Positions 25,301 through 39,649 of a stretch of DNA of 64,000 bases are shown one piece after another. The first letter of the stretch is position 1, and each line of letters begins with the position of its first letter. The position numbers and the translations under genes were made by a program. The DNA lies in assembly GCA_964247055.1 (NCBI GenBank), contig OZ176054.1:310001-374000 (forward strand). The letters are read 5' to 3'. This stretch comes from Paragordius varius. Its lineage: Eukaryota > Animalia > Nematomorpha. The notes beneath the pieces were generated by a model that was not told the DNA's origin, made no database searches, and saw nothing but the letters and a program-made list of their open reading frames with translations.

Positions 25301-28300
25301 ACGATTTTAAAAATAAAAATGGCTACCTAAAATCCAAATTTGATCAGGTGATGTCACTATAATTTTTTTTGGGTAGCCCTATGGTAGTTCCATCATCACC
25401 CCAAATATTTTCGAGATCGGAATATAAATGTAATTTTTATGAATTTTTTAAATATTTAAAAAATTTATTTTATACGATTTTAAAAATAAAAATGGCTACC
25501 TAAAATCCAAATTTGATAAGGTGATGTCACTATAATTTTTTTTGGGTAGCCCTATGGTAGTTCCATCATAACCCCAAATATTTTTGGGATCGGACTTTAA
25601 ATGTAATTTTTATGAATTTTTTAAATATTTAAAAAATTTATTTTATACGATTTTAAAAATAAAAATGGCTACCTAAAATCCAAATTTGATCAGGTGATGT
25701 CACCATATTTGTTTTGGGTAGCCCTATGGTAGTTCCATCATCACCCCAAATATTTTCGAGATCGGAGTATAAATGTAATTTTTATGAATTTTTTAAATAT
25801 TTAAAAAATTTATTTTATATGATTTTAAAAATAAAAATGGCTACCTAAAATCCAAATTTGATCAGGTGATGTCACCATAATTTTTTTTGGGTAGCCCTAT
25901 GGTAGTTCCATCATCACCCCAAATATTTTCGAGATCGGAGTATAAATGTAATTTTTATGAATTTTTAAAATATTTAAAAAATTTATTTTATACGATTTTA
26001 AAAAAAAATGGCTACCTAAAATCCAAATTTGATCAGGTGATGTCACTATAATTTTTTTGGGTAGCCCTATAGTAGTTCCATCATCACCCCAAATATTTTG
26101 GGTATCGGACTATAAATGTAATTTTTATGAATTTTTTAAATATTTAAAAAATTTATTTTATACGATTTTAAAAATAAAAATGGCTACCTAAAATCCAAAT
26201 TTGATCAGGTGATGCCATAATTTTTTTTGGGGACCCTATGGTAGTTCCATCATCACCCCAAATATTTTCGAGATCGGAGTATAAATGTAATTTTTATGAA
26301 TTTTTTAAATATTTAAAAAATTTATTTTATACGATTTTAAAAATAAAAATGGCTACCTAAAATCCAAATTTGATCAGGTGATGTCACCATAATTTTTTTT
26401 GGGTAGCCCTATGGTAGTTCCATCATCACCCCAAATATTTTGGGGATCGGACTATAAATGTAATTTTTATGAATTTTTTAAATATTTAAAAAATTTATTT
26501 TATACGATTTTAAAAATAAAAATGGCTACCTAAAATCCAAATTTGATCAGGTGATGTCACTATAATTTTTTTGGGTAGCCCTATGGTAGTTCCATCATCA
26601 CCCCAAATATTTTCGAGATCGGAGTATAAATGTAATTTTTATGAATTTTTTAAATATTTAAAAAATTTATTTTATACGATTTTAAAAATAAAAATGGCTA
26701 CCTAAAATCCAAATTTGATCAGGTGATGTCACCATAATTTTTTTTGGGTAGCCCTATGGTAGTTCCATCATCACCCCAAATATTTTCGAGATCGGAGTAT
26801 AAATGTAATTTTTATGAATTTTTTAAATATTTAAAAAAATTATTTTATACGATTTTAAAAATAAAAATGGCTACCTAAAATCCAAATTTGATCAGGTGAT
26901 GTCGCCATAATTTTTTTGGGTAGCCCTATGGTAGTTCCATCATCACCCCAAATATTTTGGGGATCGGACTATAAATGTAATTTTTATGAATTTTTTAAAT
27001 ATTTAAAAAATTTATTTTATACGATTTTAAAAATAAAAATGGCTACCTAAAATCCAAATTTGATCAGGTGATGTCACTATAATTTTTTTTGGGTAGCCCT
27101 ATGGTAGTTCCATCATCACCCCAAATATTTTCGAGATCGGAATATAAATGTAATTTTTATGAATTTTTTAAATATTTAAAAAATTTATTTTATACGATTT
27201 TAAAAATAAAAATGGCTACCTAAAATCCAAATTTGATAAGGTGATGTCACTATAATTTTTTTTGGGTAGCCCTATGGTAGTTCCATCATAACCCCAAATA
27301 TTTTTGGGATCGGACTTTAAATGTAATTTTTATGAATTTTTTAAATATTTAAAAAATTTATTTTATACGATTTTAAAAATAAAAATGGCTACCTAAAATC
27401 CAAATTTGATCAGGTGATGTCACCATATTTGTTTTGGGTAGCCCTATGGTAGTTCCATCATCACCCCAAATATTTTCGAGATCGGAGTATAAATGTAATT
27501 TTTATGAATTTTTTAAATATTTAAAAAATTTATTTTATACGATTTTAAAAATAAAAATGGCTACCTAAAATCCAAATTTGATCAGGTGATGTCACTATAA
27601 TTTTTTTTGGGTAGCCCTATGGTAGTTCCATCATCACCCCAAATATTTTCGAGATCGGAATATAAATGTAATTTTTATGAATTTTTTAAATATTTAAAAA
27701 ATTTATTTTATACGATTTTAAAAATAAAAATGGCTACCTAAAATCCAAATTTGATAAGGTGATGTCACTATAATTTTTTTTGGGTAGCCCTATGGTAGTT
27801 CCAACATCACCCCAAATATTTTCGAGATCGGAGTATAAATGTAATTTTTATGAATTTTTTAAATATTTAAAAAATTTATTTTATACGATTTTAAAAATAA
27901 AAATGGCTACCTAAAATCCAAATTTGATCAGGTGATGTCACCATATTTGTTTTGGGTAGCCCTATGGTAGTTCCATCATCACCCCAAATATTTTCGAGAT
28001 CGGAGTATAAATGTAATTTTTATGAATTTTTTAAATATTTAAAAAATTTATTTTATACGATTTTAAAAATAAAAATGGCTACCTAAAATCCAAATTTGAT
28101 CAGGTGATGTCACCATAATTTTTTTTGGGTAGCCCTATGGTAGTTCCATCATCACCCCAAATATTTTCGAGATCGGAATATAAATGTATTTTTTATGAAT
28201 TTTTTAAATATTTAAAAAATTTATTCTATACGATTTTAAAAATAAAAATGGCTACCTAAAATCCAAATTTGATCAGGTGATGTCGCCATAATTTTTTTTG

Positions 28301-29620
28301 CGTAGCCCTATGGTAGTTCCATCATCACCCCAAATATTTTGGGGATCGGACTATAAATGTAATTTTTATGAATTTTTTAAATATTTAAAAAATTTATTTT
28401 ATACGATTTTAAAAATAAAAATGGCTACCTAAAATCCAAATTTGATCAGGTGATGTCACCATAATTTTTTTTGGGTAGCCCTCTGGTAGTTCCATCATCA
28501 CCCCAAATATTTTCGAGATCGGAGTATAAATGTAATTTTTATGAATTTTTTAAATATTTAAAAAATTTATTTTATACGATTTTAAAAATAAAAATGGCTA
28601 CCTAAAATCCAAATTTGATCAGGTGATGTCACCATAATTTTTTTTGGGTAGCCCTATGGTAGTTCCATCATCACCCCAAATATTTTCGAGATCGGAGTAT
28701 AAATGTAATTTTTATGAATTTTTAAAATATTTAAAAAATTTATTTTATACGATTTTAAAAAAAAATGGCTACCTAAAATCCAAATTTGATCAGGTGATGT
28801 CACTATAATTTTTTTGGGTAGCCCTATAGTAGTTCCATCATCACCCCAAATATTTTGGGTATCGGACTATAAATGTAATTTTTATGAATTTTTTAAATAT
28901 TTAAAAAATTTATTTTATACGATTTTAAAAATAAAAATGGCTACCTAAAATCCAAATTTGATCAGGTGATGCCATAATTTTTTTTGGGGACCCTATGGTA
29001 GTTCCATCATCACCCCAAATATTTTCGAGATCGGAGTATAAATGTAATTTTTATGAATTTTTTAAATATTTAAAAAATTTATTTTATACGATTTTAAAAA
29101 TAAAAATGGCTACCTAAAATCCAAATTTGATCAGGTGATGTCACCATAATTTTTTTTGGGTAGCCCTATGGTAGTTCCATCATCACCCCAAATATTTTGG
29201 GGATCGGACTATAAATGTAATTTTTATGAATTTTTTAAATATTTAAAAAATTTATTTTATACGATTTTAAAAATAAAAATGGCTACCTAAAATCCAAATT
29301 TGATCAGGTGATGTCACTATAATTTTTTTGGGTAGCCCTATGGTAGTTCCATCATCACCCCAAATATTTTCGAGATCGGAGTATAAATGTAATTTTTATG
29401 AATTTTTTAAATATTTAAAAAATTTATTTTATACGATTTTAAAAATAAAAATGGCTACCTAAAATCCAAATTTGATCAGGTGATGTCACCATAATTTTTT
29501 TTGGGTAGCCCTATGGTAGTTCCATCATCACCCCAAATATTTTCGAGATCGGAGTATAAATGTAATTTTTATGAATTTTTTAAATATTTAAAAAAATTAT
29601 TTTATACGATTTTAAAAATA
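22350..29620. repeat. Higher-order block: 16-mer (2757 bp) + 10-mer (1720 bp) + 16-mer
   Basis: CGGAATAT at 22661/25418/27138; GATGCCAT at 24491/26211/28968; TGCGTAG 23823/28300 and GCCCTCT 24001/28478 are present only in the 16-mers (offset 4477 = 2757+1720). Confidence 0.9.
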
Positions 29621-30639
29621 AAAATGGCTACCTAAAATCCAAATTTGATCAGGTGATGTCACCATAATTTTTTTTGGGTAGCCCTATGGTAGTTCCATCA
29701 TTACCCCAAATATTTTCGAGATCGGAGTAGAAATGTAATTTTTATGAATTTTTTAAATATTTAAAAAATTTATTTTATACGATTTTAAAAATAAAAATGG
29801 CTACCTAAAATCCAAATTTGATCAGGTGATGTCACCATAATTTTTTTGGGTAGCCCTATGGTAGTTCCATCATCACCCCAAATATTTTCGAGATCGGAGT
29901 ATAAATGTAATTTTTATGAATTTTTTAAATATTTAAAAAATTTATTTTATACGATTTTAAAAATAAAAATGGCTACCTAAAATCCAAATTTGATCAGGTG
30001 ATGTCACCATAATTTTTTTTGGGTAGCCCTATGGTAGTTCCATCATCACCCCAAATATTTTGGGGATCGGACTATAAATGTAATTTTTATGAATTTTTTA
30101 AATATTTAAAAAATTTATTTTATACGATTTTAAAAATAAAAATGGCTACCTAAAATCCAAATTTGATCAGGTGATGTCACCATAATTTTTTTTGGGTAGC
30201 CCTATGGTAGTTCCATCATCACCCCAAATATTTTCGAGATCGGAGTATAAATGTAATTTTTATGAATTTTTTAAATATTTAAAAAAATTATTTTATACGA
30301 TTTTAAAAATAAAAATGGCTACCTAAAATCCAAATTTGATCAGGTGATGTCGCCATAATTTTTTTTGGGTAGCCCTATGGTAGTTCCATCATCACCCCAA
30401 ATATTTTCAATATCGGAGTATAAATGTAATTTTTATGAATTTTTTAAATATTTAAAAAATTTATTTTATACGATTTTAAAAATAAAAATGGCTACCTAAA
30501 ATCCAAATTTGATCAGGTGATGTCACCATAATTTTTTTTGGGTAGCCCTATGGTAGTTCCATCATCACCCCAAATATTTTGAGGATCGGACTATAAATGT
30601 AATTTTTATGAATTTTTTAAATATTTAAAAAATTTATTT

Positions 30640-33600
30640 TATACGATTTTAAAAATAAAAATGGCTACCTAAAATCCAAATTTGATCAGGTGATGTCACC
30701 ATAATTTTTTTTGGGTAGCCCTATGGTAGTTCCATCAAATATTTTCGAGATCGGAGTATAAATGTAATTTTTATGAATTTTTTAAATATTAAAAAATTTA
30801 TTTTATACGATTTTAAAAATAAAAATGGCTACCTAAAATCCAAATTTGATCAGGTGATGTCGCCATAATTTTTTTTGGATAGCCCTATGGTAGTTCCATC
30901 ATCACCCCAAATATTTTCGAATTTTTATGAATTTTAAATATTTAAAAAATTTATTTTATACGATTTTAAAAATAAAAATGGCTACCTAAAATCCAAATTT
31001 GATCAGGTGATGTCACCATAATTTTTTTGGGTAGCCCTATGGTAGTTCCATCATCACCCCAAATATTTTCGAGATCGGAGTATAAATGTAATTTTTATGA
31101 ATTTATTAAATATTTAAAAAATTTATTTTATACGATTTTAAAAATAAAAATGGCTACCTAAAATCTAAATTTGATCAGGTGATGTCGCCATAATTTTTTT
31201 TGGGTAGCCCTATGGTAGTTCCATCATCACCCCAAATATTTTCGAGATCGGAGTATAAATGTAATTTTTATGAATTTTTTAAATATTTAAAAAATTTATT
31301 TTATACGATTTTAAAAATAAAAATGGCTACCTAAAATCCAAATTTGATCAGGTGATGTCACCATAATTTTTTTTGGGTAGCCCTATGGTAGTTCCATCAT
31401 CACCCCAAATATTTTCGAGATCGGACTATAAATGTAATTTTTATGAATTTTTTAAATATTTAAAAAATTTATTTTATACGATTTTAAAAATAAAAATGGC
31501 TACCTAAAATCCAAATTCGATCAGGTGATGTCACCATAATTTTTTTTGGGTAGCCCTATGGTAGTTCCATCATCACCCCAAATATTTTCGAGATCGGAGT
31601 ATAAATGTAATTTTTATGAATTTTTTAAATATTTAAAAAATTTATTTTATACGATTTTAAAAATAAAAATGGCTACCTAAAATCCAAATTTGATCAGGTG
31701 ATGTCGCCATAATTTTTTTTGCGTCGCCCTATGGTAGTTCCATCATCACCCCAAATATTGTCGAGATCGGAGTATAAATGTAATTTTTTTGAATTTTTTA
31801 AATATTTAAAAAATTTATTTTATACGATTTTAAAAATAAAAATGGCTACCTAAAATCCAAATTTGATCAGGTGATGTCACCATAATTTTTTTTGGGTAGC
31901 CCTATGGTAGTTCCATCATCACCCCAAATATTTTGGGGATCGGACTATAAATGTAATTTTTATGAATTTTTTAAATATTTAAAAAATTTATTTTATACGA
32001 TTTTAAAAATAAAAATGGCTACCTAAAATCCAAATTTGATCAGGTGATGTCACCATAATTTTTTTTGGGTAGCCCTATGTTAGTTCCATCATCACCCCAA
32101 ATATTTTCGAGATCGGAGTATAAATGTAATTTTTATGAATTTTTTAAATATTTAAAAAATTTATTTTATACGATTTTAAAAATAAAAATGACCTAAAATC
32201 CAAATTTGATCAGGTGATGTCACCATAATTTTTTTGGGTAGCCCTATGGTAGTTCCATCATCACCCCAAATATTTTCGAGATCGGAGTATAAATGTAATT
32301 TTTATGAATTTTTTAAATATTTAAAAAATTTATTTTATACGATTTTAAAAATAAAAATGGCTACCTAAAATCCAAATTTGATCAGGTGATGTCACCATAA
32401 TTTTTTTTGGGTAGCCCTATGTTAGTTCCATCATCACCCCAAATATTTTCGAGATCGGAGTATAAATGTAATTTTTATGAATTTTTTAAATATTTAAAAA
32501 ATTTATTTTATACGATTTTAAAAATAAAAATGGCTACCTAAAATCCAAATTTGATCAGGTGATGTCACTATAATTTTTTTGGGTAGCCTTATGGTAGTTC
32601 CATCATCACCCCAAATATTTTCGAGATCGGAGTATAAATGTAATTTTTATGAATTTTTTAAATATTTAAAAAATTTATTTTATACGATTTTAAAAATAAA
32701 AATGGCTACCTAAAATCCAAATTTGATCAGGTGATGTCGCCATAATTTTTTTTGGGTAGCCCTATGGTAGTTCCATCATCACCCCAAATATTTTCGAGAT
32801 CGGAGTATAAATGTAATTTTTATGAATTTTTTAAATATTTAAAAAATTTATTTTATACGATTTTAAAAATAAAAATGGCTACCTAAAATCCAAATTTGAT
32901 CAGGTGATGTCACCATAATTTTTTTTGGGTAGCCCTATGGTAGTTCCATCATCACCCCAAATATTTTGAGGATCGGACTATAAATGTAATTTTTATGAAT
33001 TTTTTAAATATTTAAAAAATTTATTTTATACGATTTTAAAAATAAAAATGGCTACCTAAAATCCAAATTTGATCACATGATGTCACCATAATTTTTTTTG
33101 GGTAGCCCTATGGTAGTTCCATCATCACCCCAAATATTTTCGAGATCGGACTATAAATGTAATTTTTATGAATTTTTTAAATATTTAAAAAATTTATTTT
33201 ATACGATTTTAAAAATAAAAATGGCTACCTAAAATCCAAATTTGATCAGGTGATGTCACTATAATTTTTTTGGGTAGCCCTATGGTAGTTCCATCATCAC
33301 CCCAAATATTTTCGAGATCGGAGTATAAATGTAATTTTTATGAATTTTTTAAATATTTAAAAAATTTATTTTATACGATTTTAAAAATAAAAATGGCTAC
33401 CTAAAATCCAAATTCGATCAGGTGATGTCACCATAATTTTTTTTGGGTAGCCCTATGGTAGTTCCATCATCACCCCAAATATTTTCGAGATCGGAGTATA
33501 AATGTAATTTTTATGAATTTTTTAAATATTTAAAAAATTTATTTTATACGATTTTAAAAATAAAAATGGCTACCTAAAATCCAAATTTGATCAGGTGATG

Positions 33601-36600
33601 TCACTATAATTTTTTTGGGTAGCCCTATGGTAGTTCCATCATCACCCCAAATACTTTGGGGATCGGACTATAAATGTAATTTTTATGAATTTTTTTAATA
33701 TTTAAAAAATTTATTTTATACGATTTTAAAAATAAAAATGGCCTAAAATCCAAATTTGATCAGGTGATGTCACCATAATTTTTTTGGGTAGCCCTATGGT
33801 AGTTCCATCATCACCCCAAATATTTTCGAGATCGGAGTATAAATGTAATTTTTATGAATTTTTTAAATATTTAAAAAATTTATTTTATACGATTTTAAAA
33901 ATAAAAATGGCTACCTAAAATCCAAATTTGATCAGGTGATGTCACTATAATTTTTTTGGGTAGCCCTATGGTAGTTCCATCATCACCCCAAATATTTTCG
34001 AGATCGGAGTATAAATGTAATTTTTATGAATTTTTTAAATATTTAAAAAATTTATTTTATACGATTTTAAAAATAAAAATGGCTACCTAAAATCCAAATT
34101 TGATCAGGTGATGTCACCATAATTTTTTTTGGGTAGCCCTATGGTAGTTCCATCATAACCCCAAATATTTTTGGGATCGGACTTTAAATATAATTTTTAT
34201 GAATTTTTTAAATATTTAAAAAATTTATTTTATACGATTTTAAAAATAAAAATGGCTACCTAAAATCCAAATTTGATCAGATGATGTCACTATAATTTTT
34301 TTGGGTAGCCCTATGGTAGTTCCATCATAACCCCAAATATTTTGGGGATCGGACTATAAATGTAATTTTTATGAATTTTTTAAATATTTAAAAAATTTAT
34401 TTTATACGATTTTAAAAATAAAAATGGCTACCTAAAATCCAAATTTGATCAGGTGATGTCACCATATTTGTTTTGGGTAGCCCTATGGTAGTTCCAACAT
34501 CACCCCAAATATTTTCGAGATCGGAGTATAAGTGTAATTTTTATGAATTTTTTAAATATATAAAAAATTTATTTTATACGATTTTAAAAATAAAAATGGC
34601 TACCTAAAATCCAAATTTGATCAGGTGATGTCACCATATTTGTTTTGGGTAGCCCTATGGTAGTTCCATCATCACCCCAAATATTTTCGAGATCGGAGTA
34701 TAAATGTAATTTTTATGAATTTTTTAAATATTTAAAAAATTTATTTTATACGATTTTAAAAATAAAAATGGCTACCTAAAATCCAAATTTGATCAGGTGA
34801 TGTCACCATAATTTTTTTTGGGTAGCCCTATGGTAGTTCCATCATCACCCCAAATATTTTCGAGATCGGAATATAAATGTATTTTTTATGAATTTTTTAA
34901 ATATTTAAAAAATTTATTCTATACGATTTTAAAAATAAAAATGGCTACCTAAAATCCAAATTTGATCAGGTGATGTCGCCATAATTTTTTTTGCGTAGCC
35001 CTATGGTAGTTCCATCATCACCCCAAATATTTTGGGGATCGGACTATAAATGTAATTTTTATGAATTTTTTAAATATTTAAAAAATTTATTTTATACGAT
35101 TTTAAAAATAAAAATGGCTACCTAAAATCCAAATTTGATCAGGTGATGTCACCATAATTTTTTTTGGGTAGCCCTCTGGTAGTTCCATCATCACCCCAAA
35201 TATTTTCGAGATCGGAGTATAAATGTAATTTTTATGAATTTTTTAAATATTTAAAAAATTTATTTTATACGATTTTAAAAATAAAAATGGCTACCTAAAA
35301 TCCAAATTTGATCAGGTGATGTCACCATAATTTTTTTTGGGTAGCCCTATGGTAGTTCCATCATCACCCCAAATATTTTCGAGATCGGAGTATAAATGTA
35401 ATTTTTATGAATTTTTAAAATATTTAAAAAATTTATTTTATACGATTTTAAAAAAAAAATGGCTACCTAAAATCCAAATTTGATCAGGTGATGTCACTAT
35501 AATTTTTTTGGGTAGCCCTATAGTAGTTCCATCATCACCCCAAATATTTTGGGTATCGGACTATAAATGTAATTTTTATGAATTTTTTAAATATTTAAAA
35601 AATTTATTTTATACGATTTTAAAAATAAAAATGGCTACCTAAAATCCAAATTTGATCAGGTGATGCCATAATTTTTTTTGGGTAGCCCTATGGTAGTTCC
35701 ATCATCACCCCAAATATTTTCGAGATCGGAGTATAAATGTAATTTTTATGAATTTTTTAAATATTTAAAAAATTTATTTTATACGATTTTAAAAATAAAA
35801 ATGGCTACCTAAAATCCAAATTTGATCAGGTGATGTCACCATAATTTTTTTTGGGTAGCCCTATGGTAGTTCCATCATCACCCCAAATATTTTGGGGATC
35901 GGACTATAAATGTAATTTTTATGAATTTTTTAAATATTTAAAAAATTTATTTTACACGATTTTAAAAATAAAAATGGCTACCTAAAATCCAAATTTGATC
36001 AGGTGATGTCACTATAATTTTTTTTGGGTAGCCCTATGGTAGTTCCATCATCACCCCAAATATTTTCGAGATCGGAATATAAATGTAATTTTTATGAATT
36101 TTTTAAATATTTAAAAAATTTATTTTATACGATTTTAAAAATAAAAATGGCTACCTAAAATCCAAATTTGATAAGGTGATGTCACTATAATTTTTTTTGG
36201 GTAGCCCTATGGTAGTTCCATCATAACCCCAAATATTTTTGAGATCGGAGTATAAATATTTTTATGAATTTTTTAAATATTTAAAAAATTTATTACGATT
36301 TTAAAAATAAAAATGGCTACCTAAAATCCAAATTTGATCAGGTGATGTCACTATAATTTTTTTTGGGTAGCCCTATGGTAGTTCCATCATCACCCCAAAT
36401 ATTTTCGAGATCGGAGTATAAATGTAATTTTTATGAATTTTTTAAATATTTAAAAAATTTATTTTATACGATTTTAAAAATAAAAATGGCTACCTAAAAT
36501 CCAAATTTGATCAGGTGATGTCGCCATAATTTTTTTGGGTAGCCCTATGGTAGTTCCATCATCACCCCAAATATTTTCGAGATCGGAGTATAAATGTAAT

Positions 36601-39110
36601 TTTTATGAATTTTTTAAATATTTAAAAAATTTATTTTATACGATTTTAAAAATAAAAATGGCTACCTAAAATCCAAATTTGATCAGGTGATGTCGCCATA
36701 ATTTTTTTTGGGTAGCCCTATGGTAGTTCCATCATCACCCCGAATACTTTGGGGATCGGACTATAAATGTATTTATGAATTTTTTAAATATTTAAAAAAT
36801 TTATTTTATACGATTTTAAAAATAAAAATGGCTACCTAAAATCCAAATTTGATCAGGTGATGTCATTATAATTTTTTTGGGTAGCCCTATGGTAGTTCCA
36901 TCATCACCCCAAATATTTTCGAGATCGGAGTATAAATGTAATTTTTATGAATTTTTTAAATATTTAAAAAATTTATTTTATACGATTTTAAAAATAAAAA
37001 TGGCTACCTAAAATCCAAATTTGATCAGGTGATGTCACCATAATTTTTTTTGGGTAGCCCTATGGTAGTTCCATCAAATATTTTCGAGATCGGAGTATAA
37101 ATGTAATTTTTATGAATTTTTTAAATATTAAAAAATTTATTTTATACGATTTTAAAAATAAAAATGGCTACCTAAAATCCAAATTTGATCAGGTGATGTC
37201 GCCATAATTTTTTTTGGATAGCCCTATGGTAGTTCCATCATCACCCCAAATATTTTCGAATTTTTATGAATTTTAAATATTTAAAAAATTTATTTTATAC
37301 GATTTTAAAAATAAAAATGGCTACCTAAAATCCAAATTTGATCAGGTGATGTCACCATAATTTTTTTGGGTAGCCCTATGGTAGTTCCATCATCACCCCA
37401 AATATTTTCGAGATCGGAGTATAAATGTAATTTTTATGAATTTATTAAATATTTAAAAAATTTATTTTATACGATTTTAAAAATAAAAATGGCTACCTAA
37501 AATCTAAATTTGATCAGGTGATGTCGCCATAATTTTTTTTGGGTAGCCCTATGGTAGTTCCATCATCACCCCAAATATTTTCGAGATCGGAGTATAAATG
37601 TAATTTTTATGAATTTTTTAAATATTTAAAAAATTTATTTTATACGATTTTAAAAATAAAAATGGCTACCTAAAATCCAAATTTGATCAGGTGATGTCAC
37701 CATAATTTTTTTTGGGTAGCCCTATGGTAGTTCCATCATCACCCCAAATATTTTCGAGATCGGACTATAAATGTAATTTTTATGAATTTTTTAAATATTT
37801 AAAAAATTTATTTTATACGATTTTAAAAATAAAAATGGCTACCTAAAATCCAAATTTGATCAGGTGATGTCACTATAATTTTTTTGGGTAGCCCTATGGT
37901 AGTTCCATCATCACCCCAAATATTTTCGAGATCGGAGTATAAATGTAATTTTTATGAATTTTTTAAATATTTAAAAAATTTATTTTATACGATTTTAAAA
38001 ATAAAAATGGCTACCTAAAATCCAAATTCGATCAGGTGATGTCACCATAATTTTTTTTGGGTAGCCCTATGGTAGTTCCATCATCACCCCAAATATTTTC
38101 GAGATCGGAGTATAAATGTAATTTTTATGAATTTTTTAAATATTTAAAAAATTTATTTTATACGATTTTAAAAATAAAAATGGCTACCTAAAATCCAAAT
38201 TTGATCAGGTGATGTCGCCATAATTTTTTTTGCGTCGCCCTATGGTAGTTCCATCATCACCCCAAATATCGAGATCGGAGTATAAATGTAATTTTTTTGA
38301 ATTTTTTAAATATTTAAAAAATTTATTTTATACGATTTTAAAAATAAAAATGGCTACCTAAAATCCAAATTTGATCAGGTGATGTCACCATAATTTTTTT
38401 TGGGTAGCCCTATGGTAGTTCCATCATCACCCCAAATATTTTGGGGATCGGACTATAAATGTAATTTTTATGAATTTTTTAAATATTTAAAAAATTTATT
38501 TTATACGATTTTAAAAATAAAAATGGCTACCTAAAATCCAAATTTGATCAGGTGATGTCACCATAATTTTTTTTGGGTAGCCCTATGTTAGTTCCATCAT
38601 CACCCCAAATATTTTCGAGATCGGAGTATAAATGTAATTTTTATGAATTTTTTAAATATTTAAAAAATTTATTTTATACGATTTTAAAAATAAAAATGAC
38701 CTAAAATCCAAATTTGATCAGGTGATGTCACCATAATTTTTTTGGGTAGCCCTATGGTAGTTCCATCATCACCCCAAATATTTTCGAGATCGGAGTATAA
38801 ATGTAATTTTTATGAATTTTTTAAATATTTAAAAAATTTATTTTATACGATTTTAAAAATAAAAATGGCTACCTAAAATCCAAATTTGATCAGGTGATGT
38901 CACCATAATTTTTTTTGGGTAGCCCTATGTTAGTTCCATCATCACCCCAAATATTTTCGAGATCGGAGTATAAATGTAATTTTTATGAATTTTTTAAATA
39001 TTTAAAAAATTTATTTTATACGATTTTAAAAATAAAAATGGCTACCTAAAATCCAAATTTGATCAGGTGATGTCACTATAATTTTTTTGGGTAGCCCTAT
39101 GGTAGTTCCA
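30640..39110. repeat. Dispersed ~11-12-monomer duplication: ~30640-32600 and ~36980-39110 (offset 6339, then 6511 after one extra monomer)
   Basis: Deletion TCCATC|AAAT 30731/37070, GGATAGCC 30877/37216, shared 18-bp deletion TTCGA|ATTTTT; then AATTCGA 31511/38022 and GCGTCGCC 31721/38232. Confidence 0.9.
34580..35960. repeat. Further partial copy of the 16-mer (matches ~27890-29270, offset 6693 bp)
   Basis: CCATATTTG 27941/34634, TGCGTAG 28300/34993, GCCCTCT 28478/35171, GATGCCAT 28968/35662. Confidence 0.88.
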
Positions 39111-39649
39111 TCATCACCCCAAATATTTTCGAGATCGGAGTATAAATGTAATTTTTATGAATTTTTTAAATATTTAAAAAATTTATTTTATACGATTTTA
39201 AAAATAAAAATGGCTACCTAAAATCCAAATTTGATCAGGTGATGTCACTATAATTTTTTTGGGTAGCCCTATGGTAGTTCCATCATCACCCCAAATATTT
39301 TCGAGATCGGAGTATAAATGTAATTTTTATGAATTTTTTAAATATTTAAAAAATTTATTTTATACGATTTTAAAAATAAAAATGGCTACCTAAAATCCAA
39401 ATTTGATCAGGTGATGTCACCATAATTTTTTTGGGTAGCCCTATGGTAGTTCCATCATCACCCCAAATATTTTCGAGATCGGATTATAAATGTAATTTTT
39501 ATGAATTTTTTAAATATTTAAAAAATTTATTTTATACGATTTTAAAAATAAAAATGGCTACCTAAAATATAAATTTGATCAGGTGATGTCACTATAATTT
39601 TTTTGGGTAGCCCTATGGTAGTTCCATCATCACCCCAAATATTTTCGAG

